From Chlorokybus atmophyticus (lineage: Eukaryota > Plantae > Mesostigma and Chlorokybus algae), in the NCBI GenBank assembly GCA_009103225.1, contig RHPI01001202.1, positions 57,206-121,205 of the forward strand: DNA of 64,000 bases. Reading direction: 5' to 3'. The notes under the pieces were generated by a model. The model saw only the letters and a program-made list of their open reading frames with translations. It did not search any database and was not told the DNA's origin. The stretch's first letter is position 1; every line of letters starts with the position of its first letter. Positions 24,552-35,950 of the stretch are shown here, in pieces. The position numbers and the translations under genes are program-made.

Positions 24552-27500
24552 TTACTTCCGCGTGCCAGAGTTCCGCAGGCGCAACGCGACATAGAAAAGG
24601 AATCTGTACAGAATGGTAAACCTGCCACGCGACACAGTCATCAGCACCCAGTTGCATCCACCCATGGTGATCTGATGATGGTGTGAATGCAATTTGCTTG
24701 CTTGCTTACCCAATCAGCGCGCCAATGCCTGTCCAGCGGTTGGTGCCGCCCATGTCGCTGTCGTCCAGAAGTTGTTGTGGAGTCAAGAAGCAGTCCCCAG
24801 CGGGAGCTTGACCAGAGCAGCCAAAGTGCGTGTCGCTCGAGAACCCTCTGAACAAATTGACCACAAAACTGTCGAACGCATACTTGAATAGGCTGATGTA
24901 GTAGATCCAGATCCACCACCCGGGAATATCGCCTCGCTTAATGAAGAACCCACTGTAACCGAGGTGCTGTTAGGCTCATGGACAACTGTGTATAACAACT
25001 TTGCATTGTACGCTGCACAGAGTTCTATGAGGGTGCACACCTGAACAGGAACATGAAAGCAAACAGTGCTGTAATCATGGAGTTGCCGACCATGAAGTTG
25101 GTCACCACGGCACTGAAGAACATGACAAAGGCGTTTGCAACGGCCAGGATAACAAAGAGCGTAAGTACGAAGAAGAAGAAGTTGCCAGCCTGCATCATAA
25201 GCAATTGCATATCAGCTTTGTCTCTGATTGTGCAGTGGCAACGCGCGATATTGCTGTGTGAGAAGTGCGCTGAGTATGGAGTATGTTGGTCACTCACTCC
25301 GCCTGGAAGTCCAACGAGCCACCATGTGACGAGAGGGTACACAAAGGCGATTACAGCCATGAAAGGCAAGGGTGTAAATGTGTGCGCCAGGACATACGAA
25401 GATGTGCGGTAGGCTCCTCTGGAAGTCTCTCGCGTGAAGATGTTGCGCTCGAGCAGGAAGATTGGAAGCGCTTCAGCAGACGTAAAGATGAACAGCGCGG
25501 CCGCGTATGCAACAAAAGCCTGTGTTTGTGCAAGTTAGCATAGAGAAGGCATACTGCTTACAGCGTACTGTTGTCAAGTGTTGCAGATGATGACAAGCAT
25601 ACCTTGTAGTTCTGATAATCGCTGTAGGTCTTGTCCAACCGAAGGAACAGAGTCCCAGAGACAATACCGACACCAACTGCAAGCCCCAACCGGGCGAAAA
25701 AGAGCTCCTTCGTACGGAACTGATTTGTGAAAATGCGGTTGGCAAGGATGGCAACCTCCGTCAACGGCGTGTTGGCGTAAGGAGGGCGTGTTGACTCTTT
25801 TGCTGTCGCCTTCGCCTTGGAAGCGTACTCATCTTTGATGATCTGACTCTCTGTCTGCCAGTGACATGAACAGCTTTGCATTAATAAAGGATGTAATATA
25901 CTAATATGGGTACGGAATCATCTACTACTACACCAGACCCAACAGAACGGTACCTTGGGTGCGTCCTGCAATGAGCGCGAGGGTGGACCCACCGTCACCA
26001 CCCCTTCCATAGATGTACGTCTGTGAATCTTGTAGAACTCCTCGAGTGGCTGCAACACCAGCACTAGATGAGTTCAAAGCTTGCCTGGCATTGGTGCTAT
26101 CACCAGTGAGTGAGCTGGAATTCTTACCGCAACGCCTTCATCTTGCACCTTCAGCTCATCAACGATGTCGAGCGCAAACTCAAATGAGTTCATGAAGTTG
26201 GGCATGGGGCGACCGTACGTGGCAAAGAACTCTCTGTGGAAAGGTGGGACTGTTGGTGACGTGTGAGCTGCATGCAGCAAGCACCATCACGATAAAGTCA
26301 GTGGCTCACCCAATGAGCCTTGGCGGACCAGCATATACAAGCTTGCCACCGGACAACACGAGCACTTTGTCGATGAGCTCGATAATACGGGAAGAGGGCT
26401 GATGGATGGTGAGCACCACTGTACGACCAGAGCGCGCAAGATCGTGAAGGCTCTGGCACACGTTCAATGCACTCTTGGAGTCGAGCCCGGAAGTTGGTTC
26501 ATCTAGGAAGATGAGAGCTGGGTCGTGAATCATATCTACACCAATGGACACTCGTCGCCGTTCACCACCTGAAGTAACCCTTGCACGTCAGCTCAACACT
26601 TGACTGGGTGTGCAGGACATGTGTGTGTGCTTTTCACTGCAGTTGTCACCTGAAATGCCTCTGTGCTGCTCGTCACCAATGATACGATTGGCAGTGTGCG
26701 ATAGGCCAAGCTCAGCAAGAGTCTCAACCACACGCCTGCAATGCACATTGTGATGTTGGATACTTGTACATATATAGACTTACTGCAAAGTGCCGACTAT
26801 CAACAGCCCAATGCAACCAAGCCTGCAATGCCTGCCTGTCATGCAGTGCACTTACTGCTGCTTTTCAGCTAGAGGCATCCTCCATGGAAGCCGCAAGCGA
26901 GCGGAGTACAGCAGCGTCTCTTGCACGGTCAAGAGGGGGAAGAGCGCATCATCTGATAGGCACAGCGAGTCATCGCACTGCTTCGTGTGGATTGCGTGTA
27001 GTAGCATTACATGTCACAAAACTGCTTCATGTCTGAACAGTGCACTACCTTGCATGACGTAAGCAGCGCGCTTGCGAAAGCTGTCATCAACAGGTGTGCC
27101 ATTGACGAGCATGGTGCCCTCAATGCTGGACCGCAGCACACGCCCAGCGAGCACATCCAGCAGTGTGCTCTTACTGTTGTACAGAACCACAGAGCAGTTG
27201 CATTGAGTAATCGTTGCAACCAAGCCAGGGGACTCATTCACCTCAAGCACTGCATAATACTCACCCGGCCCCTGACTGGCCAATAATGGCCATGAGCTCG
27301 CCGGGAACAGCAGCACCAGAAATACTGTCAAGCAGGACCAATTCCTTCTGGTCTTTCTTGCCTCCCGTCATGACCTGCTCACTGCCTTGTCAGCAACAGT
27401 AGCAAGCAGCTTGAATCTACCACGCTGACCATGCTGCTGGGTTGCTATAGTGCATTTCATTGTTGAAGCATGCCTGCACCTTGTATGAGATCTTGGAGAA

Positions 27501-27629
27501 CTCCAGGCGGCATGGGGTGATGGTGAGCGTCTTGCGAATGACGGCGGGATTATCATCGCCAATGTTGATGGTCAGCGACTCGACCGCGCCGTTGGGCGGC
27601 GTCGCCACCTCCAGGGCGCCTGGCGCCAT
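24552..27629 (-). CDS. ABCG half-size transporter (WBC type)
   Basis: Walker A GQSGAGKST, signature [12 protein letters not shown] and Walker [14 protein letters not shown]. The TMD includes FRTKELF and [11 protein letters not shown]-terminus [23 protein letters not shown] ends at 24552. Confidence 0.95.
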
Positions 27630-28685
27630 GACTCCTGGTTGCCTTCACCCTGCGCCAATGCCTACTGAACAACCAATCCAAGACAAAAGGTTCAGTTAAA
27701 GCACTCAGTAGTGCAGAAAGCAGCAAGCGGCAAAGTGGCATTGACTCTGCTCGAAGCCATTGTGAGCGCAAAGCTTTCACAAAGAAACTGACGATCCGGC
27801 AAGCGGAGCTGCTCATGGCACTCAATGTGAGCTTGCACGGGAGCACTTGATGCATTACAGCCAACGACAGCCAACAGCAACGCCGCACACAAGTATGAAC
27901 CAGCAGAAAGCATCCAGGCACCCACAGCCACGCTGCCTCCGCATGCACTAGCAGACAGGCAACCCGGCCAGAGGCTCCCGACAACCCGGCAATGCAGCAC
28001 AACGACGCAACCACACAGTCCGACCAGCTTACCAAGAAGGCAGTACACAGCAGCTTCACCGCTGATCCGCCGGCTCCGCCTTCACCGCCGCCGCCTCCGC
28101 CGCCGCCGGCACCGACACTACCAACTCCGAGAAGCTGCTGCGCTTGGCCTTTTCAATGTGACGCCTAACCAGGCCCGTTCAGCTCCTAACATGGTTAATT
28201 TAGGTGTAAGTACCTTGTCTTAGAGGGGCAACAGCGGAGTTCATAACCCTGATCTGGTCTGAGACAAGAGAAGTTCGCGGTTAGCGTGGCCGGCGGCACG
28301 TTCGGCATGCCAGCGTACGGAAAGCCACGACCCGCCCGATGGCACGATGCGACCGGTGCTTTTTCTACTGGTCGCGTTTTTGCTGTTTTCGGGAGCGTGT
28401 CGCTGCTGCTTACGAGGATTCCAAGTTGGAACTTCCAACCGTGACATGCATGTGCACATTCACAACGCTTTGCGCACCGGTTGTCTAGCCGGGTCACCGC
28501 CCGGGTATGAAATGTAAATGTTTTTACATCCGGGCCGTGACCCGGCTAAACCTGTTCAAGAAACACCTGGTACACTCAGTCATCGTGACTCAATGAGACA
28601 TTCAAGCTCATCACGATCTCAGTTTCATGACCACCCTACCAAGTCAAACACTGTTAACGACAGCAGGTGCATGTCATTGCTTGAC

Positions 28686-28808
28686 AACAGGAATTGTTGC
28701 AGATACATTTCCCTCAACTCATGAGTGCTTTGCAATTGTGTGCTTGCTTGAGAACAGGAATTGTTGCAGATACATTTCCCTCAACTCATGAGTGCTTTGC
28801 AATTGTGT
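28686..28808. repeat. Tandem direct duplication, 56-bp identical unit with 67-bp period
   Basis: AACAGGAATTGTTGCAGATACATTTCCCTCAACTCATGAGTGCTTTGCAATTGTGT at 28686 and 28753. Confidence 0.92.
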
Positions 28809-28928
28809 TGAGTCTAGGCGGGTACCCGCTGATGCAGTTGGTTGTGTCGGCCAGACGGTGGACTAGGGGTCTGATGCTTTGAGCCGCAGCGACTGGCCAG
28901 CGCTGCTTGCTAGAAGGCGAGAACGGCC

Positions 28929-28980
28929 GAACTTTCAAGAAGGCCTGTTGCAGGAAGCAACAGGCCTTTTTTGAAAGTTC
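28929..28980. other. ~23-bp-stem inverted repeat (hairpin)
   Basis: GAACTTTCAAGAAGGCCTGTTGC-AGGAA-GCAACAGGCCTTTTTTGAAAGTTC; one G-U pair and one bulge. Confidence 0.85.
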
Positions 28981-29319
28981 AAGGCCGCACGAACAAATGC
29001 CCTCCGCGAACTCTTGGCGCGTCGACGCGCGGTCTGAGGCCACAGAACCTGCGCCTCAGAAGCTGAATCGGTTTTCAGGAGGGCAGGATTCCCTAATATT
29101 GTGGTAAGTCGCTTGATGAGATTCCAATGCGTACGTTGCGTTCGTTGCGTACAGGCTGAGTAAATTTTGTCGTAATGTATTGTACAGGACAATGTGCTGG
29201 TCAGCGGAGGCGTACAGATGTAAACTAAGGTACAACTGTACCAGACTGTGCCTGATAAATGTACCGTACAAGATACTGCGCTGCTCTAACAGTACAAGGG
29301 TATCTAAACTAATCTTGTA

Positions 29320-29405
29320 CTGTATGTTGTGTACTGTGGTACTAATAGTTTATTGTTGTACTGTACTGTACTGTGTTGTTGTACTGCTGTACTGTACTGT
29401 ACTGT
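29320..29405. repeat. Degenerate (TACTG)n pentanucleotide microsatellite
   Basis: gtactgtactgtactg runs are directly visible. Confidence 0.85.
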
Positions 29406-29581
29406 TGTGATGCATGCACAGTGTACCACACTTTGAAGCACAGCTTGTGCGCTGGGCACCCGCTGTGCAGAATACACGTATTCATGCATGACAAGGTGGA
29501 GACGTGACGCGTGACGCTGGTCAGGACGGCGGCGACGGGTGTAGTGATGACGGCGGCGATGTTGCTGTGCAGGCGGGCGTG

Positions 29582-32500
29582 ATGGACAACGACGATGCCC
29601 AGGGTGGCATCACGTCAGACAGGCTCCGCCGCACTGTGGACCTGCAGCAACAGCAAGAACGGTCTGCGCTGGACGGCCTCGGTGACGGGGTAAGTCCATG
29701 ACAAGATGAGTACTGCTGGCATGATCTTTGCTGCAAGCTTAAAGAAGCTGAAACCCTAATCTGTTTGCTTCACTTGCCGCCATCCTTAAGAGAACTGAGC
29801 CATCATTCGTGACGTCACGTCCTCGCATAACGTTAGGCTACACTCGTGTAATGTAGTGCACACAGCATGGCAAATATCAGTGCACTACTTCTGTTTGGCC
29901 CCTGCGTAGTTAGCTGCATACTTGGTCACTGTCCTCTCTTTGCTGTGCCTTCACCGATATACACACACGCACCCACCCAGACGCACACACAGTAGAAGTG
30001 CATAGCCTGTCCGTTCTTGGTGTAGTGTATAGTGTGTGTCATTCGTTGTGAGTGCTTGGCCTATGAGTGTGCATGTCATCCAGAACGTGTGCGATATGCT
30101 TGTCGCATTTACTGTTACCCCGTCCACAGACATACATGCACACGGACATACACATATAGACACCACACAGGCACTTGCACGCACACATGGTCATACACAA
30201 CCAAGCGCGCACAGGCATGCACGCACAGGCACACGCAGGCACACATGCAGGTGGTGGCAATAGCCGCTCCGGTGTCGATATGCATGCTGCTGGTGGTTGT
30301 GCTGGTGCGGCTGCTAGGCGAAGGCGGTGGGCTGGCAGGTCCATCACTTGGAACCATATTCTACCAGGTAACCACTGGCTCATAACTCTCGTCACCAGAC
30401 CATTGCACAGGCCAATCTGGACTAGGCATGCAATGCAAACACAGGAGCATGAGGGTGACTCGGAAGGCGTCAAGTTCGAGGGCGCTCTGCTCAACGCGCT
30501 CGTTTTCGTTGTTGCCATCACCGTCATGACTTTTGTGCTATTTCTCCTCTTCAAGTACCGTTGCACAAAGGTGAGTCAGTTAGTGCTACATGTACGCACA
30601 ATGTTTCAGCAATGCAGAGCGTGGTATATGCACTCAACTCTCAGGTGTGTGCACTTGGCAGTGCATATGGGGCTACATGGGCTTCTCGGGCTTCATCATT
30701 CTCGGCTTCATTGGCGGTGGACTCGCTTTGCAGGTGTGGCTTGGAAGTGTAGTCAGGCAAATCCTGCCTGTCATAGCGGCTCACCTGTCACGCAAGTACA
30801 CGTGAATGCGAGCATGAAGCTGCATACTCCCCTATATGGAAATGCATGCAGCGCTGTGCATGTTTGTGCGTGCATATGCATGCTGCACTGCAAAGCGCTG
30901 CACGTAACGGTTGTCAATCAACCAGACCTTCAAGTATGCAGCAAACGTGATGTCTATTTGTGAGTGGTTACCTACATGCAGCGTTGTGTGTAGGTGATCG
31001 AGGTGCTGGCGATACCCCTAGACATCGTCACCTTCACAGTGGTGCTCTACAACTTCGCTGTGGTGGGTGTGCTGGCGGTATTTTTCTGGCCCGCGCCCGC
31101 AGTCGTCAAGCAGGCGTACCTGGTTGCGATTGGAGCCATTGTGGCATTCTGGTTCACCCGATTGCGTAAGTGCATGCACGCTTCTGTTGTTGCACACCCT
31201 TTCTCGCTGCTTCGCTACGCTAAATTCAATCAACGTCAATCATACATCAACAGCGGAGTGGACAACTTGGCTTCTGCTGGCTGCGATGGCTGTGTACGAT
31301 CTGTTTGCAGTACTTGTGCCTGGCGGACCGCTGAAGGTAACACCCGTTGTTTTATTCAACGACTGCACTGCGTATAGGTTGACTAAGCTGGTACACGCTC
31401 ACTCTGCGTCCAGGTTCTGGTGGAGCTTGCGACAGAGCGTGACGAGGACATCCCCGCATTGGTGTACGAGGCGCGGCCCGGCAATCGGATCCGCGCGGGG
31501 CGTCCGGCCGTGCCAATCATCACGCTGGCCACAATGGCGCAGCCAACACCAAGCGGAGTAAGTGGCTAGGCTTGATTGCCATACATACCGTACAATGCGT
31601 GAGGTGGTCGTGATTGCATGCCTGAGCGAGTGTGCTGACAGCAATTGTGTGTGAAGGAACAATCAGATGCTGCACACGGTGGCACCAACAGCAGAAGCTC
31701 CCGCCTGCATGCGCCGCCTCCGTTGCGTCGGTGTGTTCTTCCCTCATTGACAATTTTTGCATTGGCCTTGTCACATAGCTGCTAGCATTAATTGTCACGA
31801 GCAACACACATGGGGGGCGATGACGACTGCTTGTGCATTTACTGAGCAATGACATTGTACACAGAAGGCGGGGGAGGGGGAGGGCTTGCGTGCGTGTGTG
31901 CACATGTGCGAAGTTGTCTGCGTGCGGCTGTCGTGTCTTGGCATGCAACAGTTGCATGCCATTATGCAGGGCCTGCCCTTGCCACTAGTTGATGTTTCAT
32001 CGTGTATGTTTCATCGTGCTTGCAGACTATTGATGCTTCAAGACTGCATACACAACGACATCTTCGCAACAGCCATGAGTCAGTTTCTACATATGACAGT
32101 ACGCCAAGTGACACACTACGTGATATGCAAATCGCTGCTCTGCAGGTTCGATGAGCTTCATCGCGGCGTTGTGTTGCACCCCATCGCCTCCGAAGCAAAT
32201 GGCACAAATACTAACGAAGTGGGCGGGGACGGGGCTGAAGAAGAGTCTTCCCACCCACTAATTGACCGTGCTTCGGTGAGTCGACACAGGCAAATCCAGT
32301 TGCGGAACCGCTGCTCATGATCCATCCAATGTGCCATGTCTTGCCCAATAACACATGTTGCTTGTGACTGTGTGTGCAGTCGAGCAGCAGAGCACCCCAC
32401 CCACACATGCACGAGAGCGGCTCACCCCGTAGTGAGGATGGCAGCGAGTACAGCTTGCCAGACTCCATCAAGGTGAGTGGGCAGCTTGGTCCTGTTTTGC

Positions 32501-32892
32501 TCTAGTTGGCGGTATGCATGATTCTCCTGAGGATGATTGTGCTGTGTACTGCACGCAGCTGGGCCTCGGAGACTTCATTTTCTACTCGGTGCTTGTGGGA
32601 CGGGCGGCCATGTACGACATGATGACCGTTTACGTTTGTTATCTTGGCATCATCGCAGGTTTAGGTGAGAAAGCTGCTTTGCCTTGAACTGCTGATGTTG
32701 AATCGTGCTTGCGTGTGCAAATGTAATCTTGGCTGCCATGCAGGGGCCACTTTGTTCCTGCTAAGCGTGTATCATAAGGCGTTGCCAGCGTTGCCCATAT
32801 CAATTGCGCTTGGCATTGTACTATACTTTTTGACTCGGTTTGTGATGGAGCCGTTCGTGGTGGGCCTAGCTACGAGCCTGCTTTTCGTGTAA
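29582..32892 (+). CDS. PSEN: Presenilin (gamma-secretase catalytic aspartyl protease); start codon provisional
   Basis: SALDGLGDG|VVAIAAPVSICMLLVV matches the plant presenilin N-terminus. Both catalytic motifs (AVYDLFAVL, KLGLGDFIFYS) and the PALP motif (ALPALPISI) are present. Confidence 0.95.
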
Positions 32893-34149
32893 AACTGTTA
32901 TGAACATTCTTTATCAGACCCGGGGTCGTTCACTTCTTTGCGTGGTCTGCAATACGGTCAAGCGTGTCCACAGCAGGCAACACTCACAGCACAACAACGC
33001 CCATGAAGTCAGTGAAGTCCTGAAGTATTAGAAAAACAACTGCGAATGGGCATGCACTCACACATGCCTCCGCATTCTCAGGATGCCGTGCAAGGATATT
33101 TTACGTTGTAAAGGATGCAGGTTCATTAACCAACAACCAAGCCAGCACACCTTACTCAATGCTGATCCAAGTGTCCAAGCAAACATGGGTGTACAAAAGA
33201 TGGAGTGCTGGTAGGACTGCATGCATGGGGTAATCAGCAGAGACATGCATGCTGTCATGCACACACTGCAAGAAAACAGTCACCAGCAGTCACAGTTCTA
33301 TTTCACCACCAGGTCAAGTACTTCTAACGCACTAAGCTACCACTACTTGGCTACCCCGTTAGTCATGCATGCATGTATGTTGCATAGTCACCTGCAGTTG
33401 GCAGCAGCATGTGCACTGGGTGCACTCGTGCTCATGACTATCAGCCAAACAGTGTTACCCAGTAAGCTCGCATGAATAGCTGCGCTGCTGTGCAATGCCA
33501 GGCAGCACTTCGCGAGCGTTTTGTAACTCCCTGTAGGCATACCATTCCGACGAGGCTGGCTTACAACTTGCCAACAGTAACTGGTATGCGCAGCACAAGT
33601 GTTTGAGTTGTTACTCAGACACTCATGTTGGTCACAATTACAGCATTGGCTATATTCTACATATGGCACTGGTGGGCCTGGCGCACTGAGCAACTCTGAC
33701 CAGAGCTGCCAGGCTGTTTGGGTTGAGGAGGATTGAAGATGGTGTGCGCAACAAACAATAAGTGGTGGCGGAGAGGCAGGGGGGAAAGGCGGAGGGGGAG
33801 TGCTGTTGGGCTGCTTGTGCGTGTGTGAACTGCTGGCGTCTCGGCACTGACAGTACACGCCGTGTGCACAGGTACTTACAGCAACTGCTCATTGTGGGGA
33901 TGTGCATGCTCGGGTTAGCTGACTTAGCATAGGCACATAACATGGCAGTAGGTGTAATGTACAAACAATGCGGGGCGTGCTTGCTCATGCATCATGTCAT
34001 GCATGTAATAGTGTGCGTGTATGTGATGATAATCGTGTGCATGCATGCAACAGAGAGCGCATGTCAACATTGCGTGTGCCAGCAAGTGTATGATAATAGA
34101 GCACCCCATACACAGCCAGGTGAAGCAGGCAAATAGAAAGCGTTCAATT

Positions 34150-35950
34150 TTACAAACAAGCAATGTACAGCGTATATACTCCAAAAACCGTGCTGTTGTG
34201 AATAAACGGTAGTGGAAGGTGCCTGCCAACAATCTCGTTGGCGAGGGGCAACTGGAGTGACAGGAAGCAACAGGGAGGGACCTCTCAGATTTATTTGTCT
34301 GCCAAGGTCCTGGAGGTGCGGCACTGCGTCATCACCATCTTTGTTGTGCGCAAGATGTAGGCAAGCCCTTCGCGGGTTGTGCTGGCTTTCTGGCCCATCT
34401 TCTTCATGTCTGCATGGGAGTAATGCACTGTGGCGACGGGTTTCTTCCGGAATGTGCATTTCAGAGGGGCTGTGATGAAGGGTGGGGCCGCGTTCATATC
34501 TATGTGGTAGGAAACATTGGCTGCGCGAACGGTGTAAAAGTAGTGCAGCGCGTCTTGGTCAGACACATGCATGACAGGTGTTCCATCATGCTTGCGCGTT
34601 CGGATGAAGCTGGTCTTCGCTGGCTCTTGCTCTAAGTTGATGCCGGCAAAGGACGCCACCATGCGCTCATACTCTGAGGCCGAACCGCTCACCAAGCAAG
34701 GCACCTTGTTCTGATGAGTGGTCAGGTTGCCATTGTTGGGCAACTGGCAACCAGGCATGGGCTTGAGACCAACATTGAGCACGTCAAAATCCGCCATCAG
34801 ACCGCCACCAATGGATGCCATCGCAATCCATCGCATGAAACAGGCGAGTTCGTACTGCTTGTTATTCACAGTAGGGAGCTGAGACAGCGCCTTCCTCCAT
34901 TCAGCATACTTTGGATGTTTCTGCATGCACACAGTTGTTCAGCACTAGCACCAAGCAAGACAACTGAGAAACTGCACCTCAGCCTTGCAGGCAAACAGCA
35001 CGCTGTACCGCAGCATCAGCATGGGTCAGAATCTGCGCGCGCCAACCTTGCGCCTCCCAGCTTGCCTTCCAAGCTGCGGTCAGCAGTCGCGCTTGCTGTT
35101 TGAAGTCATGCTGCAAACACATTCGGGTGAGCGACCTGCATGGTCTGCATGCAGTGCCAAAACACGGGTGGCTTGTGTCTCACCTGTGACTTTCTGCTAG
35201 GCACATCCTCAACATAGGTGTACACACGGCACCCTGCTGCGCTTGCATCAGGGACAACTGGTAGGCGTGCAAGTTCTTCATTGATCTCGTCACCTAGCTC
35301 GGCGATATCAAGCCCTGCCAACACAAAGTGATAAGTCCACCAATTCAGGTAGCGGCACAGTGAGACTATTTCAGAACAAGCATGCGGCCAACAAACACGA
35401 AGCCAATAAGAGCTTGCCAGGGGTGCCCCCCCCCCCCCCCCCCCCGGGGGGGATGAGAAATGCACACTTCAGCAACCGTTACCTGCTTCCGCGACCGCAG
35501 CTGCCAAGTCAAGCGTTGCTTCGTCAATGACGCTGAGGCTCCGTTCAGGTAGTCCTGAGTACTGCTCAACGCTGGGATGCTTCTGCCAGTCAATGTCAAA
35601 CGCGTGGCTGTCTTCAAGACTCTGCAACAGCACAACGCCAGGTTAGAACACTCTTCACTGCAAGGCAACATGCACGTTCACAAGAGCCAGCAGATATGTC
35701 GCACCTCCAGAAAGTGAAGGTCGCGGGCGCTTGCTGCCAAGCAGCATAGCTGCAAGACAAAAAGCTTCCACCACACTGCAATCACAAAACATGCAGGTCA
35801 GCAAGGTTGCATGCATGCAAGCATCAACTAGCAACCAGCTTAACTCCAAGACTCGAAGTGCTGCAAACCACGCACCTGTGCTTCTGGCAGCCATTGGTAA
35901 GGTGGGACGCAACGGTGGTAACTGGACTGGCTTAGCAGCTGCTGCAGAGG
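34150..35950 (-). CDS. DxD-motif glycosyltransferase-like protein (algal/protist hypothetical family); both ends uncertain
   Basis: Spliced AAWKASWEAQGWRAQILTHADAA|KHPKYAEWRKALSQLPTVNNKQYELACFMRWIAMASIGGGLMADFDVLN resembles GT32/OCH1-like nucleotide-sugar transferases (W..GW...L; R...L...GG...DxD). Confidence 0.65.
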
